Source: an uncultured bacterium (GTDB lineage: Bacteria; Patescibacteriota; Minisyncoccia; Minisyncoccales; UBA5738). From it: a stretch of DNA of 64,000 nt. The position numbers and the translations under genes were made by a program. Of the stretch, positions 18,939 through 27,730 are shown piece after piece (position 1 is the first letter of the stretch; each line of letters opens with the position of its first letter). The notes under the pieces are model-generated. The model ran no database searches. It had not been told where the DNA came from and saw only the letters and a list, made by a program, of their open reading frames with translations. The stretch is from the NCBI GenBank assembly GCA_903847095.1, contig CAINCQ010000024.1, forward strand, positions 16,628 to 80,627, written 5' to 3'.

Positions 18939-20111
18939 ATGGAATTCTTAAGCCTTAAAACTGCCGCGTTCGGTCTTGAAATAACCGATTTGAATTTGAG
19001 AATGGTTGATCTAAAAAAAAAGAACGGTAAGACGGTTCTTTCTTCACTTTCATGTCTTGAGATTGCTCCGGGAATAGTCGAGGCGGGGGAAGTTAAGGAT
19101 GTAAGGAAACTGGCCGAAGCGATAAAGAACTGTCTAAAAAAAACCGATAGCTCAAAGATCGAAAAAAGACATGTGGTCGTTTCTCTTCCCGACGATAAAG
19201 CTTTTTTGCAGGTTATCCAAATGCCCAAGATCGGAGAAAATGATTTGCGTCTGGCCGTGCCTTTTGAGGCGGAAAACTATATACCGATGCCTTTGGAAAA
19301 GGCATGTTTCGATTATCAGGCGATATTGGATCCAAGCGAAAATATCAACCATCTGGACGTTCTCATCGCCGCTTTTCCGAAAAACACGATCGATCTTTAC
19401 GTGGAGGCGGTCAAGGAGGCGGGCTTGGTTCCGATAGCTTTTGAATTGGAGTCGCAGGCTATCGCCCGCGCGTTGGTCAAAAATGGATTTTCCGAAGGGC
19501 CGATTTTGATAATACACGTCGGTGACGTCAAAACAAATTTGATAATATACGCCGGGTATTCGTTGCGTATTTCTTTTTCCGTTCCTATTTCCAACAAGTA
19601 TTTCGTTGATACGATTTCTAAAATTTTGGGCATCAAAACAAAAGAGGCCGAAGTTCTAAAAAATGATTATGGCATCGAAAAAAATAACAGCACAGCTGGG
19701 GTCTCCGGGGAAAAAAAGAAAGCTTTAAGTGTGTCAGAGCGCAAGGTGGATGGGGCGGGGAAGCGAGATAAGGATCAGAGGGCGATTTTTGAAGCTCTCG
19801 TGCCTTCGATCATTGATTTTACGCAACAAGTTGAAAAATATCTGAATTATTACCATACGCACGCGAGTCACGAACATCTTGGAAAAAACAAAAGAATTGT
19901 CGGAAAAATTATTCTTTGCGGCGCCGGCGCGAATTTAAAAGGGCTGGACCAGTTGATCGGTTTGAGATTAGGGTTACCGGTTCAAAAGGAAGCGATAATT
20001 TTTGACGGACCTTTCCCGTTTAAGGGAAAGAATCCGGTACCTGATGTCCAGATCAATCAATTTGTCACGGCTTTCGGGTTAGCTATAAGGGGATTGGATG
20101 GAAAAGGATAG
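18939..20111 (+). CDS. pilM: Type IV pilus assembly protein PilM (actin-like ATPase fold)
   Basis: Typical PilM N-terminus (GLEITDLNLRMVDLKKKNGK...) and the ENYIPMPLE segment. Followed by pilN/pilO-like genes. Confidence 0.8.
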   Translation: MEFLSLKTAAFGLEITDLNLRMVDLKKKNGKTVLSSLSCLEIAPGIVEAGEVKDVRKLAEAIKNCLKKTDSSKIEKRHVVVSLPDDKAFLQVIQMPKIGENDLRLAVPFEAENYIPMPLEKACFDYQAILDPSENINHLDVLIAAFPKNTIDLYVEAVKEAGLVPIAFELESQAIARALVKNGFSEGPILIIHVGDVKTNLIIYAGYSLRISFSVPISNKYFVDTISKILGIKTKEAEVLKNDYGIEKNNSTAGVSGEKKKALSVSERKVDGAGKRDKDQRAIFEALVPSIIDFTQQVEKYLNYYHTHASHEHLGKNKRIVGKIILCGAGANLKGLDQLIGLRLGLPVQKEAIIFDGPFPFKGKNPVPDVQINQFVTAFGLAIRGLDGKG

Positions 20112-20140
20112 ACAAAGGGAAGAAATTTTCGAGGATTTCA

Positions 20141-20674
20141 ATGATTAACTTACTTCCAAAAAAACAAAAAGACGAGCTGGAACTTGAGCAAATGTTCCGG
20201 GTTATTATGATCTTAGGGATCGTAATAACGGCCGGTTTGATCTGTCTGGCGTTGATGTTTTTCTTTATTAAAATGCTGTTCGAGGCGAAGCTCGATATTA
20301 AGGCCATCTCCGTCGAAGACAAGAACAAAATGGTAAAAATTTTAAAAGTCGATGATGACGAAAAAAGCATTTCTTATTACAATTCCAATTTTTCCAAACT
20401 GGAATCGATTTATAAGAAGCAAACCGACGTTTCTTCAATGATCGGGGGGTTGATAGATTCTTTACCTCAAGGAATTTATCTTACCAATTTGACCATGACG
20501 GGAAATAAAGTAGTGGCGTCGGGGCATTGTCCCGACAGAGCGAGCCTCGTCTCCTTCAAAGAAAGATTGGAAAGTAATCCCCGTTTCAAAAGTGTTTATT
20601 TTCCGGCAAACAACTGGGTAGAGCAGAAAAATATCAATTTCAGTTTAAATTTCGAATATGTCCCAAAAGAATAA
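20141..20674 (+). CDS. pilN: PilN-like pilus assembly protein
   Basis: N-terminal MINLLPKK motif followed by a single TM helix. Confidence 0.65.
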   Translation: MINLLPKKQKDELELEQMFRVIMILGIVITAGLICLALMFFFIKMLFEAKLDIKAISVEDKNKMVKILKVDDDEKSISYYNSNFSKLESIYKKQTDVSSMIGGLIDSLPQGIYLTNLTMTGNKVVASGHCPDRASLVSFKERLESNPRFKSVYFPANNWVEQKNINFSLNFEYVPKE

Positions 20675-21218
20675 AATATTGGCGGCCTTATTGTTTTTTT
20701 CCATCCTTTTTCTTGTGATTGCCGCGGTTATCATTGGTCCGTTGGTTTACGGTATCGAAAATATCGGCTCAAAACTCAGCGAGCAGGATCAGGACATTTC
20801 GGTTCTAAACGAAAGAATAGCCAAAGCAAAGGAATTCCGCGTATTCCGGTCCCAAAACGAAGACGAGCTGGCTAAACTGGAAAAAACGTTTGTCACTGCG
20901 GATCCGCCGCTTGATTTCATCAACTTCCTTGAGGATGTTTCAAGGAATTGCCAGGTGGATTCTTCGATATCGGCTTCCGCAATTTCAAAAACAGAAAAAG
21001 ACGCCTTTCCATCGATCAATTTCCAGGTCGCGCTTACCGGAACTTTTTCTTCGGCCATGAAGTTTTTGAAAAAAATCGAATCAGGCCCCTACCTTGTCGA
21101 GATCAACAGTTTGGCGATAAGAAACGATGATAATAACAATTCGCTCGATGGAGACGCGGGCCGAAAAGTGAAGATGGATATCTCCATAAAAGCTTACACG
21201 ACAAAACAGCTTCAATGA
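20658..21218 (+). CDS. PilO-like pilus assembly protein
   Basis: Single N-terminal TM, then a coiled-coil region. Overlaps the pilN-like stop. Call rests on position and topology only. Confidence 0.5.
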   Translation: MSQKNKILAALLFFSILFLVIAAVIIGPLVYGIENIGSKLSEQDQDISVLNERIAKAKEFRVFRSQNEDELAKLEKTFVTADPPLDFINFLEDVSRNCQVDSSISASAISKTEKDAFPSINFQVALTGTFSSAMKFLKKIESGPYLVEINSLAIRNDDNNNSLDGDAGRKVKMDISIKAYTTKQLQ

Positions 21219-21221
21219 TCC

Positions 21222-21530
21222 ATGACAATATTTAAGAACAGGAAGAAAAGCGCAAATATTTTGCTTAAAAAAATGGCGTCCCATCCGTTCCGGTTTTTCT
21301 GTTTTTTATTGTTGGTCTCAACGGTCATTGCCGCGGTTTTTTTCCTTTATTGCCAAACGGTGTTTGTCGGCCTCGGCGATTCCGAAGGGGAATCGGTATC
21401 GCTGGTCAAGGGATTCAATAGCGTATCCGTAAAGAACGTTTTTGATATTTGGAAACAAAGGGAGCAGGATTTTAAGGATGCCGATTCCATTTCTTACCCG
21501 GATCTGTTCAAAAATATTGTAATTGACTAA
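21222..21530 (+). CDS. Hypothetical small membrane protein (last gene of pilus cluster)
   Basis: 102-aa ORF with one TM helix (FRFFCFLLLVSTVIAAVFFLY). Starts 4 nt after the preceding stop. Confidence 0.45.
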   Translation: MTIFKNRKKSANILLKKMASHPFRFFCFLLLVSTVIAAVFFLYCQTVFVGLGDSEGESVSLVKGFNSVSVKNVFDIWKQREQDFKDADSISYPDLFKNIVID

Positions 21531-21606
21531 CGCGGCTTATCGTCTATACTATCACTGTCGCTAATTCCATAGTCCGATAAGAATGTTCGCTTTCGTTTGT
21601 CACTAT

Positions 21607-21681
21607 GCCCCTATAGTTCAATGGATAGAACACTAGCCTTCTAAGCTGGATATGTAGGTTCGATTCCTACTAGGGGCACCA
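21607..21681 (+). tRNA. tRNA-Arg(TCT), CCA encoded
   Basis: GCCCCTATAGTTCAATGGATAGAACACTAGCCTTCTAAGCTGGATATGTAGGTTCGATTCCTACTAGGGGCACCA folds as a cloverleaf with anticodon loop CTTCTAA. Confidence 0.9.
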
Positions 21682-21845
21682 CGGGGCATAAATACAAAAA
21701 AGCCGGATATGTAGTGGTAGTGGTACCACGTTGAGCGTGGCTGCCGCAGTGCTAAGCGTTTTACCACGTTTAATTTATTTATCTGGCAATTGTGTTTTTA
21801 TCCAATAAGGCTTTTTTAAAAAATGATATGCTCATAGCATATCAT

Positions 21846-22151
21846 TTAAACGGCTTCTTCTTTTAGCCAGACGAGAATAAAAGCAGTATATTCTGCAGGC
21901 CTTAGATGATATATTCCCTGGTGAAAATTGTTGCCTGATAAATCACTTACGATGCCAATTTTTTTCCAAGGTTCGATCATGGTGTATCCTCTCGGGCTTC
22001 GAATAAATAAGCGTCCATTGGAGACAGCTGATTCCTTAAATTTCACACACCCTTCTCCAGCCGCCCTTATTAACATGGCAGCCGCTCTATATAGATCCGA
22101 AAGATCCTTGGAAAAATCAAATTCTTCCTCTTTCCTTTTGTTTTCGGCCAT
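21846..22151 (-). CDS. Hypothetical protein (101 aa)
   Basis: A minus-strand TTGACA-N17-TAATAT promoter at about 22167-22195 would start transcription downstream of the track's 22196 start, so Met 22151 (MAENKRKEEE) is preferred. Terminator hairpin ATGATATGCT-CAT-AGCATATCAT at 21823-21845. Confidence 0.5.
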   Translation of the reverse strand: MAENKRKEEEFDFSKDLSDLYRAAAMLIRAAGEGCVKFKESAVSNGRLFIRSPRGYTMIEPWKKIGIVSDLSGNNFHQGIYHLRPAEYTAFILVWLKEEAV

Positions 22152-22255
22152 TTCTAACCACGCAAAGATATTAAAATAAATAATCAATATTGTCAACTTT
22201 TGAAAAAGGTTTTAGATTGAGTCAATTTACAAAACTAGAGATACCTGTTTAATAT

Positions 22256-24619
22256 ATGATTATGGAATATTTCCGGATTTTTGGGGAACTTGATAAAAAC
22301 GATGCCGCTTTGGCCGGAGGCAAGGGGGCGTCGCTTGGGGAAATGACGCAGGCGGGCATTCCGGTGCCGCCCGGTTTTGTGATTCTTTCGGCGGCCTTTG
22401 AAAAATTTCTGGAAAGCGCTAATTTAAAGGCGGAAATTGACGCGATTCTTGGTTTTGTGGATCTTAAAGAAAGTCAGAGCGTAGAGCTGGCGTCAAAAAA
22501 AATCCAAACTCTTATTCTCGGCGCGGAAATTCCGCCTGAAATTTCCGATGGTATTAAGCAATTTTATAATAATCTCGATTCAAAGTACGTGGCGGTGCGT
22601 TCATCGGCTACCGCGGAAGATTCCGTGAGCGCGGCTTGGGCCGGACAACTTGATAGCTATCTTAACACTTCAAAAAACGGCTTGCTGGAAAACGTGAAAA
22701 AATGCTGGGCGTCGCTTTTTACGCCGCGAGCCATTTTTTATCGTTTCGAAAAAAAATTGGATACCCTCAAAATATCCGTCGCGGTCGTAGTGCAAAAAAT
22801 GGTTGAAAGCGAGAAGTCGGGTATTGCTTTTTCCGTCCATCCGGTAATGCAAGATAGAAACCGGCTTATCATCGAAGCGGGCTACGGCCTCGGTGAAGCG
22901 ATCGTATCGGGTCAAATTACGCCGGATTCCTATGTCGTGGAAAAAGAACCACGGAGAATTGCCGATAAAAACAATCAAAAGCAGACGAAGGGGCTTTACC
23001 GCGCCGAAAACGGAGGTAATGAATGGCGCGATATTAACGAAGACCTTGGTTTAAAACAGGTTTTATCCGATGAGGAAATTTTTGAGCTTTCGGAACTTAT
23101 TTTAAAGATCGAAAAGCATTACGGCCTCCCCTGCGATATCGAGTGGGCTTACGAAAAAGGTAAGTTTTATATTGTTCAGTCGCGTCCGATAACGACGTTG
23201 ATTGGCGAAAGAACGTTAGTCCAAAAATTTCTTTCCTCGATAGGGGAGGATAAAATCATTGTTTTTAACGGAGATTTTTACCCTCTTTTTGCTCTGTTTG
23301 ATTGGTATAATTATTATGATTCCCAAGGAGTGATGAAAAATGTTTACCCTCTTTATTTTTATAAAAAAGGCCCTTCGGTGAAAATAAGCATCAGCTTTAC
23401 GAAATATCTGGACGTATCGAAATCGGCTTTTCGGAGGTATTTAGACGGAGAACTGGATATTGTTCGGACCGGGAATGCATACCAAGCCTTGAAAGACGGT
23501 ATTAATACGCTTTATGACAAATACTGCGTTGCGGGATCATGGGATGAGGCGGAATTATTATCCGATCTCGACAAGACTGTCGATGGTTTGCAAAAGCTGG
23601 ATGCGTTAACGTTTTTCATCGAAACCCTTGATCAACAGGTAGTCGCGGAAGAGCTGAATGATCGTAATTTAAAAGTGAGGCTGGAGGAAATTTGGAAAGT
23701 TTCCCAAATTTTGGATTTTAGTTCTTTTGATTCGCAAAATTCGCAAGAAATTATCACGGTTTTGCAAAAAGGGTTAAACCCCGAAAAACTGAGATATATT
23801 TTCACTAATTACACCCATTGTCCTTTGGCCAAAGAGGTCGAAGAAATTATAAAGAAATTCGATCTTGGCGGGGAAGTTACAAAATTGGAGGAAAGCAAGG
23901 AGGAGGTTGAAAGGAATATCAAAGTAAAAGAAAGCATGCGGCAAACCCTTTCAAGCGATGAATTAAATATCCTTAAATTCATTGATTGGTCGTCTTGGCT
24001 TCGCGATGACCGGAAAGCTCTTATCAACAAGGGGGATGTTCTGCTATTCGACCTGGTGAGCAAGCTTTACGGGAAATGGGGTTTTGAGCAGGATTTGGTA
24101 TCCATATCCTTTGCTTTCGAGGTGCTTAAAGGAAAGGATTTCAATCAAAAAATTATTTCCGCGATCAGGCAGAGGAAAGATAAATTGGTTCTTGTGTACT
24201 ATGGTAAGGATAAGTACGATGAAGATAGTGCCCAATCCGAGGAGGAGATAAAGATTATCGAAGAACGGTTTCTCGCGCAAAATAAACCGCAAGATGATAA
24301 TGTGATAAAGGGGGAAGTTGCGTCGACGGGATATGCTAAGGGCATAGTCAGGATTATCCAGAAAAGGAGCGAATTCGGGAGCTTTAAGGAGGGCGAGATT
24401 TTAGTGACGGGTATGACTCGGCCGGAGTTTATTCCGCTTATGAAAAAAGCGGCAGCGATCATAACGGACGAGGGAGGCATAACCAGCCACGCCGCTATCT
24501 TGAGCAGGGAATTAAAAAAACCATGCATAATCGGAACAAGGGTGGCAACGCAAATTTTGCATAACGGAGACGTGGTAGAGCTTGATACTAATTTCGGAAC
24601 CGTTAAAATTTTGAAATGA
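22256..24619 (+). CDS. PEP-utilising phosphotransferase (N-terminal PEP/pyruvate-binding ATP-grasp domain + C-terminal mobile His domain; PpsA / rifampicin-phosphotransferase-like architecture)
   Basis: N-terminus LAGGKGASLGEM...VRSSATAEDS...SFAGQ-like, and C-terminus ITDEGGITSHAAILSRELKKPCIIG (swivel His). The -10 box TAATAT at 22250-22255 abuts ATG 22256, and a second ATG at 22262 may be a leaderless start. Confidence 0.8.
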   Translation: MIMEYFRIFGELDKNDAALAGGKGASLGEMTQAGIPVPPGFVILSAAFEKFLESANLKAEIDAILGFVDLKESQSVELASKKIQTLILGAEIPPEISDGIKQFYNNLDSKYVAVRSSATAEDSVSAAWAGQLDSYLNTSKNGLLENVKKCWASLFTPRAIFYRFEKKLDTLKISVAVVVQKMVESEKSGIAFSVHPVMQDRNRLIIEAGYGLGEAIVSGQITPDSYVVEKEPRRIADKNNQKQTKGLYRAENGGNEWRDINEDLGLKQVLSDEEIFELSELILKIEKHYGLPCDIEWAYEKGKFYIVQSRPITTLIGERTLVQKFLSSIGEDKIIVFNGDFYPLFALFDWYNYYDSQGVMKNVYPLYFYKKGPSVKISISFTKYLDVSKSAFRRYLDGELDIVRTGNAYQALKDGINTLYDKYCVAGSWDEAELLSDLDKTVDGLQKLDALTFFIETLDQQVVAEELNDRNLKVRLEEIWKVSQILDFSSFDSQNSQEIITVLQKGLNPEKLRYIFTNYTHCPLAKEVEEIIKKFDLGGEVTKLEESKEEVERNIKVKESMRQTLSSDELNILKFIDWSSWLRDDRKALINKGDVLLFDLVSKLYGKWGFEQDLVSISFAFEVLKGKDFNQKIISAIRQRKDKLVLVYYGKDKYDEDSAQSEEEIKIIEERFLAQNKPQDDNVIKGEVASTGYAKGIVRIIQKRSEFGSFKEGEILVTGMTRPEFIPLMKKAAAIITDEGGITSHAAILSRELKKPCIIGTRVATQILHNGDVVELDTNFGTVKILK

Positions 24620-24792
24620 ATCCTCGGTGGATACCGGTAAGTGGCAGCGGGGTAGGCCGTTAAACCAAAGAACGGTTTACTTTTTTGAAGTCGCTGTATT
24701 TTGTGCGGGGAAATTACGCAGGGATTCAATTTTAATAAGGTTTTAAGGCGATCGGTTGATCGTTTTTTGTTAGCAGGGCAGATTTTAAGCAT

Positions 24793-24824
24793 TGACTAGT
24801 TTTTTAAAAGAGATATAATATTTT
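24793..24824 (+). promoter_or_regulatory. Sigma70-like promoter TTGACT-N16-TATAAT for the 24954 gene
   Basis: The sequence gcaTTGACTagttttttaaaagagaTATAATatt is read directly. Confidence 0.55.
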
Positions 24825-24953
24825 TTTCTGATAGTTCTTTTAAAATTGCCAAAACTTTCGTTTATTACAGATAGTATTTGTTGACGAAAATGTTTTGGCA
24901 AAAAGGATTCCTGTTCCGCGATCAAAGCGACCAGGAAAAACGGAGGAATAGAT

Positions 24954-25820
24954 TTGAAGAGACAGATGGCAAATATTTTCGTAGAGTATTCGAACGCGTT
25001 ATCGGGACTTCCATGCTGCGGCTTGGAGCAACTATCCGTTTCGGCCCTTTTCCCTCACCTTGAGCGGAAAGAGGTTATTGCGGAATTACTTGAAGGATGC
25101 GGCGTTGTGGCAAGTCCCTCGATCATCATGAAGAATGTCGTACACTTGGTGTCTTACGACAGAAATTCGGATACTCTTAAGCTTTTAAGAACATTGGCGC
25201 TTCCCGATACCGGTTCCGAAGACCGGGCAGATGTTAAATACGCCCGGAGAGCCGCGAAATTCGCCATCATGCATTGGGGCGACAGATTGATCTTGCCGCC
25301 GGTGAAGGCTGTTGTCGCTATCAATTTGATCGATCCGGGAAGTTCGGGGATCGGCGAAAAGATAAATGGCAACAGGATCTTGTACGTGGCGCTTAGCCGG
25401 GATTTTCAATGGATAATGTATAACACGAATTGCGCGCGCCATAATCTTGTTGAGCAATTTCTTGTCCATCAAACAGTCTGTTCGATCGAGGGAAGGGAGT
25501 TGATGACTTGCGGCCAATGCGGAGAAGCTTATAATTGTGAACTTTGCGGTTCGCCCCTTGAGAAATACCGCTGTGGCAGTTGCGGCCACTCTTTCACACA
25601 TTGCCCGTGTTGCCAGGATTCCATCGGCGAGACCTGCTTTAAGTGCCAGTGCGAGGTGCTTGAGGCCGAACACGGGTTTTCGCTCGGGCCGCTGGGAAAA
25701 AAATTGGTAAAGTATTTGGAGGCAAAAGGGCATATCTTTGCCGTTGATCCGGATATCGCCAGGGATCGGGAATGGAGATACACCGACGCAATTTCGGAGA
25801 GAAAAATGCACGACCATTAG
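24954..25820 (+). CDS. Hypothetical protein with C-terminal multi-CxxC zinc-ribbon cluster
   Basis: TTG start 7 nt after GGAGG. Cys cluster CGQCGEAYNCELCGSPLEKYRCGSCGHSFTHCPCCQDSIGETCFKCQC. Confidence 0.6.
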   Translation: MKRQMANIFVEYSNALSGLPCCGLEQLSVSALFPHLERKEVIAELLEGCGVVASPSIIMKNVVHLVSYDRNSDTLKLLRTLALPDTGSEDRADVKYARRAAKFAIMHWGDRLILPPVKAVVAINLIDPGSSGIGEKINGNRILYVALSRDFQWIMYNTNCARHNLVEQFLVHQTVCSIEGRELMTCGQCGEAYNCELCGSPLEKYRCGSCGHSFTHCPCCQDSIGETCFKCQCEVLEAEHGFSLGPLGKKLVKYLEAKGHIFAVDPDIARDREWRYTDAISERKMHDH

Positions 25821-26001
25821 CGACCGTTCTTTAATTTTTTTGTATTGACATATCCAGTCATAACGGCTGGTTTTTGTTTCTTTGGACGCGCCATAGCTTG
25901 AAATAATTGACAAATTAAGGTAGCATTGTTTTGTAATTAGCTACCCGCGAGGAATCAAGGTGGGTATTCCGCAAGATCGAATAATGATAAAGTAGGATCA
26001 T

Positions 26002-26075
26002 GGTGGCCATGGTGTAATGGCAGCACGAGAGTTTGTGGAGCTCTCTGCACGGGTTCGAATCCCGTTGGTCACCCA
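26002..26075 (+). tRNA. tRNA-His(GTG) with encoded G-1
   Basis: GGTGGCCATGGTGTAATGGCAGCACGAGAGTTTGTGGAGCTCTCTGCACGGGTTCGAATCCCGTTGGTCACCCA, with anticodon loop TTGTGGA. The extra 5' G pairs with C73, the His identity feature. Confidence 0.85.
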
Positions 26076-26118
26076 GCTTCAAAAAGTCGCCGATAAAGCG
26101 GCTTTTTGGTAGAATAAT
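26076..26118 (+). repeat. Repeat family 1, module B2 (terminator fused to extended -10 promoter), founding copy right after tRNA-His
   Basis: GCTTCAAAAAGTCGCCGATAAAGCGGCTTTTTGGTAGAATAAT. TGGTAGAAT is an extended -10 box, and the NUDIX ATG lies 7 nt after TAGAAT. Confidence 0.75.
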
Positions 26119-26122
26119 AGAT

Positions 26123-26596
26123 ATGATTAATTGTATTTTTGAGAATGGTAACAAAAACTCTTTAAGGCATGCTGTTGTCAACGTTATTATTCTTAAGGGA
26201 ACTAAAATACTTCTCGGGAAAAGATCTGAAAAAATTATCGAAGGTAGCAAGTGGGGATTAGCAGGCGGATTTATTGATAGGGACGAAACGATAATAGAAG
26301 CAGCTGAGCGAGAAGTTTTTGAGGAGACAGGATATAAAGTGAAAAATTTGGTTCTCCTTACGGTTGTTAGCAATCCAAATCGTCCCAATGATGCAGATAG
26401 GCAAAACATTGCTTTTGTTTTTTTCTGTTATGCTGGAGAAAAAGAAGGAAATTCAGATTGGGAGGTTTCAGATCAGCAATGGTTTTCTTTTGACGATCTT
26501 CCCAAGAAAGAGGAGTTTTCCTTCGATCACTACGAATTTGTAAAAACTTATTTAAAGTATAAAAAGGAGGATTTACCGCTGCCTATTTTAGGGTAA
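26123..26596 (+). CDS. NUDIX hydrolase
   Basis: Nudix box GGFIDRDETIIEAAEREVFEETGY. Start moved to ATG 26123 because the track ORF from 26033 overlaps tRNA-His. Probably leaderless. Confidence 0.85.
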   Translation: MINCIFENGNKNSLRHAVVNVIILKGTKILLGKRSEKIIEGSKWGLAGGFIDRDETIIEAAEREVFEETGYKVKNLVLLTVVSNPNRPNDADRQNIAFVFFCYAGEKEGNSDWEVSDQQWFSFDDLPKKEEFSFDHYEFVKTYLKYKKEDLPLPILG

Positions 26597-26663
26597 ACAG
26601 GTGCGAACATCGTCCGCCAGACGACCAATCGTCAAAAACCGCCTGCTTGGGTGGTTTTTGGTT
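26595..26663 (+). repeat. Repeat family 1 copy (box A + B1 terminator)
   Basis: AAACAGGTGCGAACATCGTCCGCCAGACGACCAATCGTCAAAAACCGCCTGCTTGGGTGGTTTTTGG; overlaps the NUDIX stop codon. Confidence 0.8.
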
Positions 26664-26699
26664 TTGGTTAAATTAATAAAAAAGACCCGGAAAATTTTT

Positions 26700-27071
26700 C
26701 TAGGTCCATTCATACTTGCTTATAGCTTCATACCAGGAATAATCGTGGCTATGTTCTATGATTTCGTATTCTTCGCCGTTAATAGTCCCCTGGTCCTGGA
26801 ACTCAATTAGTTCCTTACAAAGGTCCCAGTGATGGTGTATTTCGGCGGCTTCGATCGCGCATTTCAAATGGCCGCAGCCGTAGGGATGATACCAACCACA
26901 GCCGCTGCATTTTGCGAATTTACTGGCAATGATACCGCAAGGGGTGACTATTCTTGACTCAAACATTTCTCCAATCACATGGTCCGAGTGGCTTGTCCGG
27001 TATGATTTAATTCTTGCATTGCCATCGGCACCCACTTTTTTGCTTCTTACCTTGAATGTCATAAGATCCAC
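26700..27071 (-). CDS. Hypothetical Cys/His-rich protein (123 aa)
   Basis: ORF-track ORF containing CSGCGWYHPYGCGHLKC and HHHWDLC; no recognisable family. Confidence 0.5.
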   Translation of the reverse strand: MDLMTFKVRSKKVGADGNARIKSYRTSHSDHVIGEMFESRIVTPCGIIASKFAKCSGCGWYHPYGCGHLKCAIEAAEIHHHWDLCKELIEFQDQGTINGEEYEIIEHSHDYSWYEAISKYEWT

Positions 27072-27190
27072 CTTTGAGAGCTACGGCGATTATAAATTAA
27101 TCATTAATGATTTTCAAGATAGATAAGTGTTTGGCCTTACTGAGAGTAACTTTAATTTTTATTTCAAATTATATTGATCATACTGTGCCA

Positions 27191-27227
27191 CACGGGTGCG
27201 AATATTGTTCGCTAGGCGACCCCTTCG
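27191..27227 (+). repeat. Repeat family 1 copy (box A only, divergent)
   Basis: CACGGGTGCGAATATTGTTCGCTAGGCGACCCCTTCG, about 24 of 30 identical to the copy at 26595. The hairpin is kept as TTGTT-CGCTA-GGCGA with G:U-compatible changes. Confidence 0.6.
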
Positions 27228-27356
27228 TTGTTTCACTCCTCAGACCCTTCGGCCTGCCAAAAAGGGAATTCAAAATTTAGCATCCTCTGCGGTAAATCCA
27301 AACCGTTTATCGCCCAAAGGACGGGTTTTAGGTTGACAATAATCAAAATTAATAAT

Positions 27357-27653
27357 ATGGATAAAATGGTGGATTTTTTGACAAAATGGTTAGTTTTAAA
27401 AAAGGGTAATGTGGTCATTGTTGATCCAAGTAGTGACGCTGATAAGTCGATTATGGTCCTTTTTAAAGACAGAAAAATCATTGTTAATGAAATTTTGTGG
27501 GGCGCTTGTTATTGCGAATGCGGTCGCGAAAGGAAATTTGATGATCATGGGACATGTTTAACCTGCCATAAGCTCTGTAAGCAATACCTATGGATCGAAG
27601 GCCATGACTATAAAAGTGAATTTTTCAAACTGGCCGGAGTAGCGGAAACCTAG
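27357..27653 (+). CDS. Hypothetical Cys-rich protein (~98 aa)
   Basis: TTGACA at 27333, with a -10-like TAATAT overlapping ATG 27357; the second ATG at 27366 may be a leaderless start. Cys cluster CYCECGRERKFDDHGTCLTCHKLC. Confidence 0.5.
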   Translation: MDKMVDFLTKWLVLKKGNVVIVDPSSDADKSIMVLFKDRKIIVNEILWGACYCECGRERKFDDHGTCLTCHKLCKQYLWIEGHDYKSEFFKLAGVAET

Positions 27654-27669
27654 TGTTTCCGCATTTTTT
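27642..27669 (+). terminator. Intrinsic terminator
   Basis: GCGGAAAC-CTAGT-GTTTCCGC followed by ATTTTTT; overlaps the stop codon. Confidence 0.7.
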
Positions 27670-27730
27670 ATTAACCGTAAGTTTTTGGCACTATATTGTC
27701 TCGTTGGAGGGTAGGTTTGATTAAAATTAT

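Noticed and set aside
24199-25913. Long minus-strand ORFs 24199-24792 (197 aa) and 25185-25913 (242 aa).
   Set aside because: They are antisense to the PEP-utilising enzyme and to the Cys-rich gene 24954-25820. The plus-strand genes have recognisable motifs or a promoter with GGAGG, while the antisense translations look like noise.
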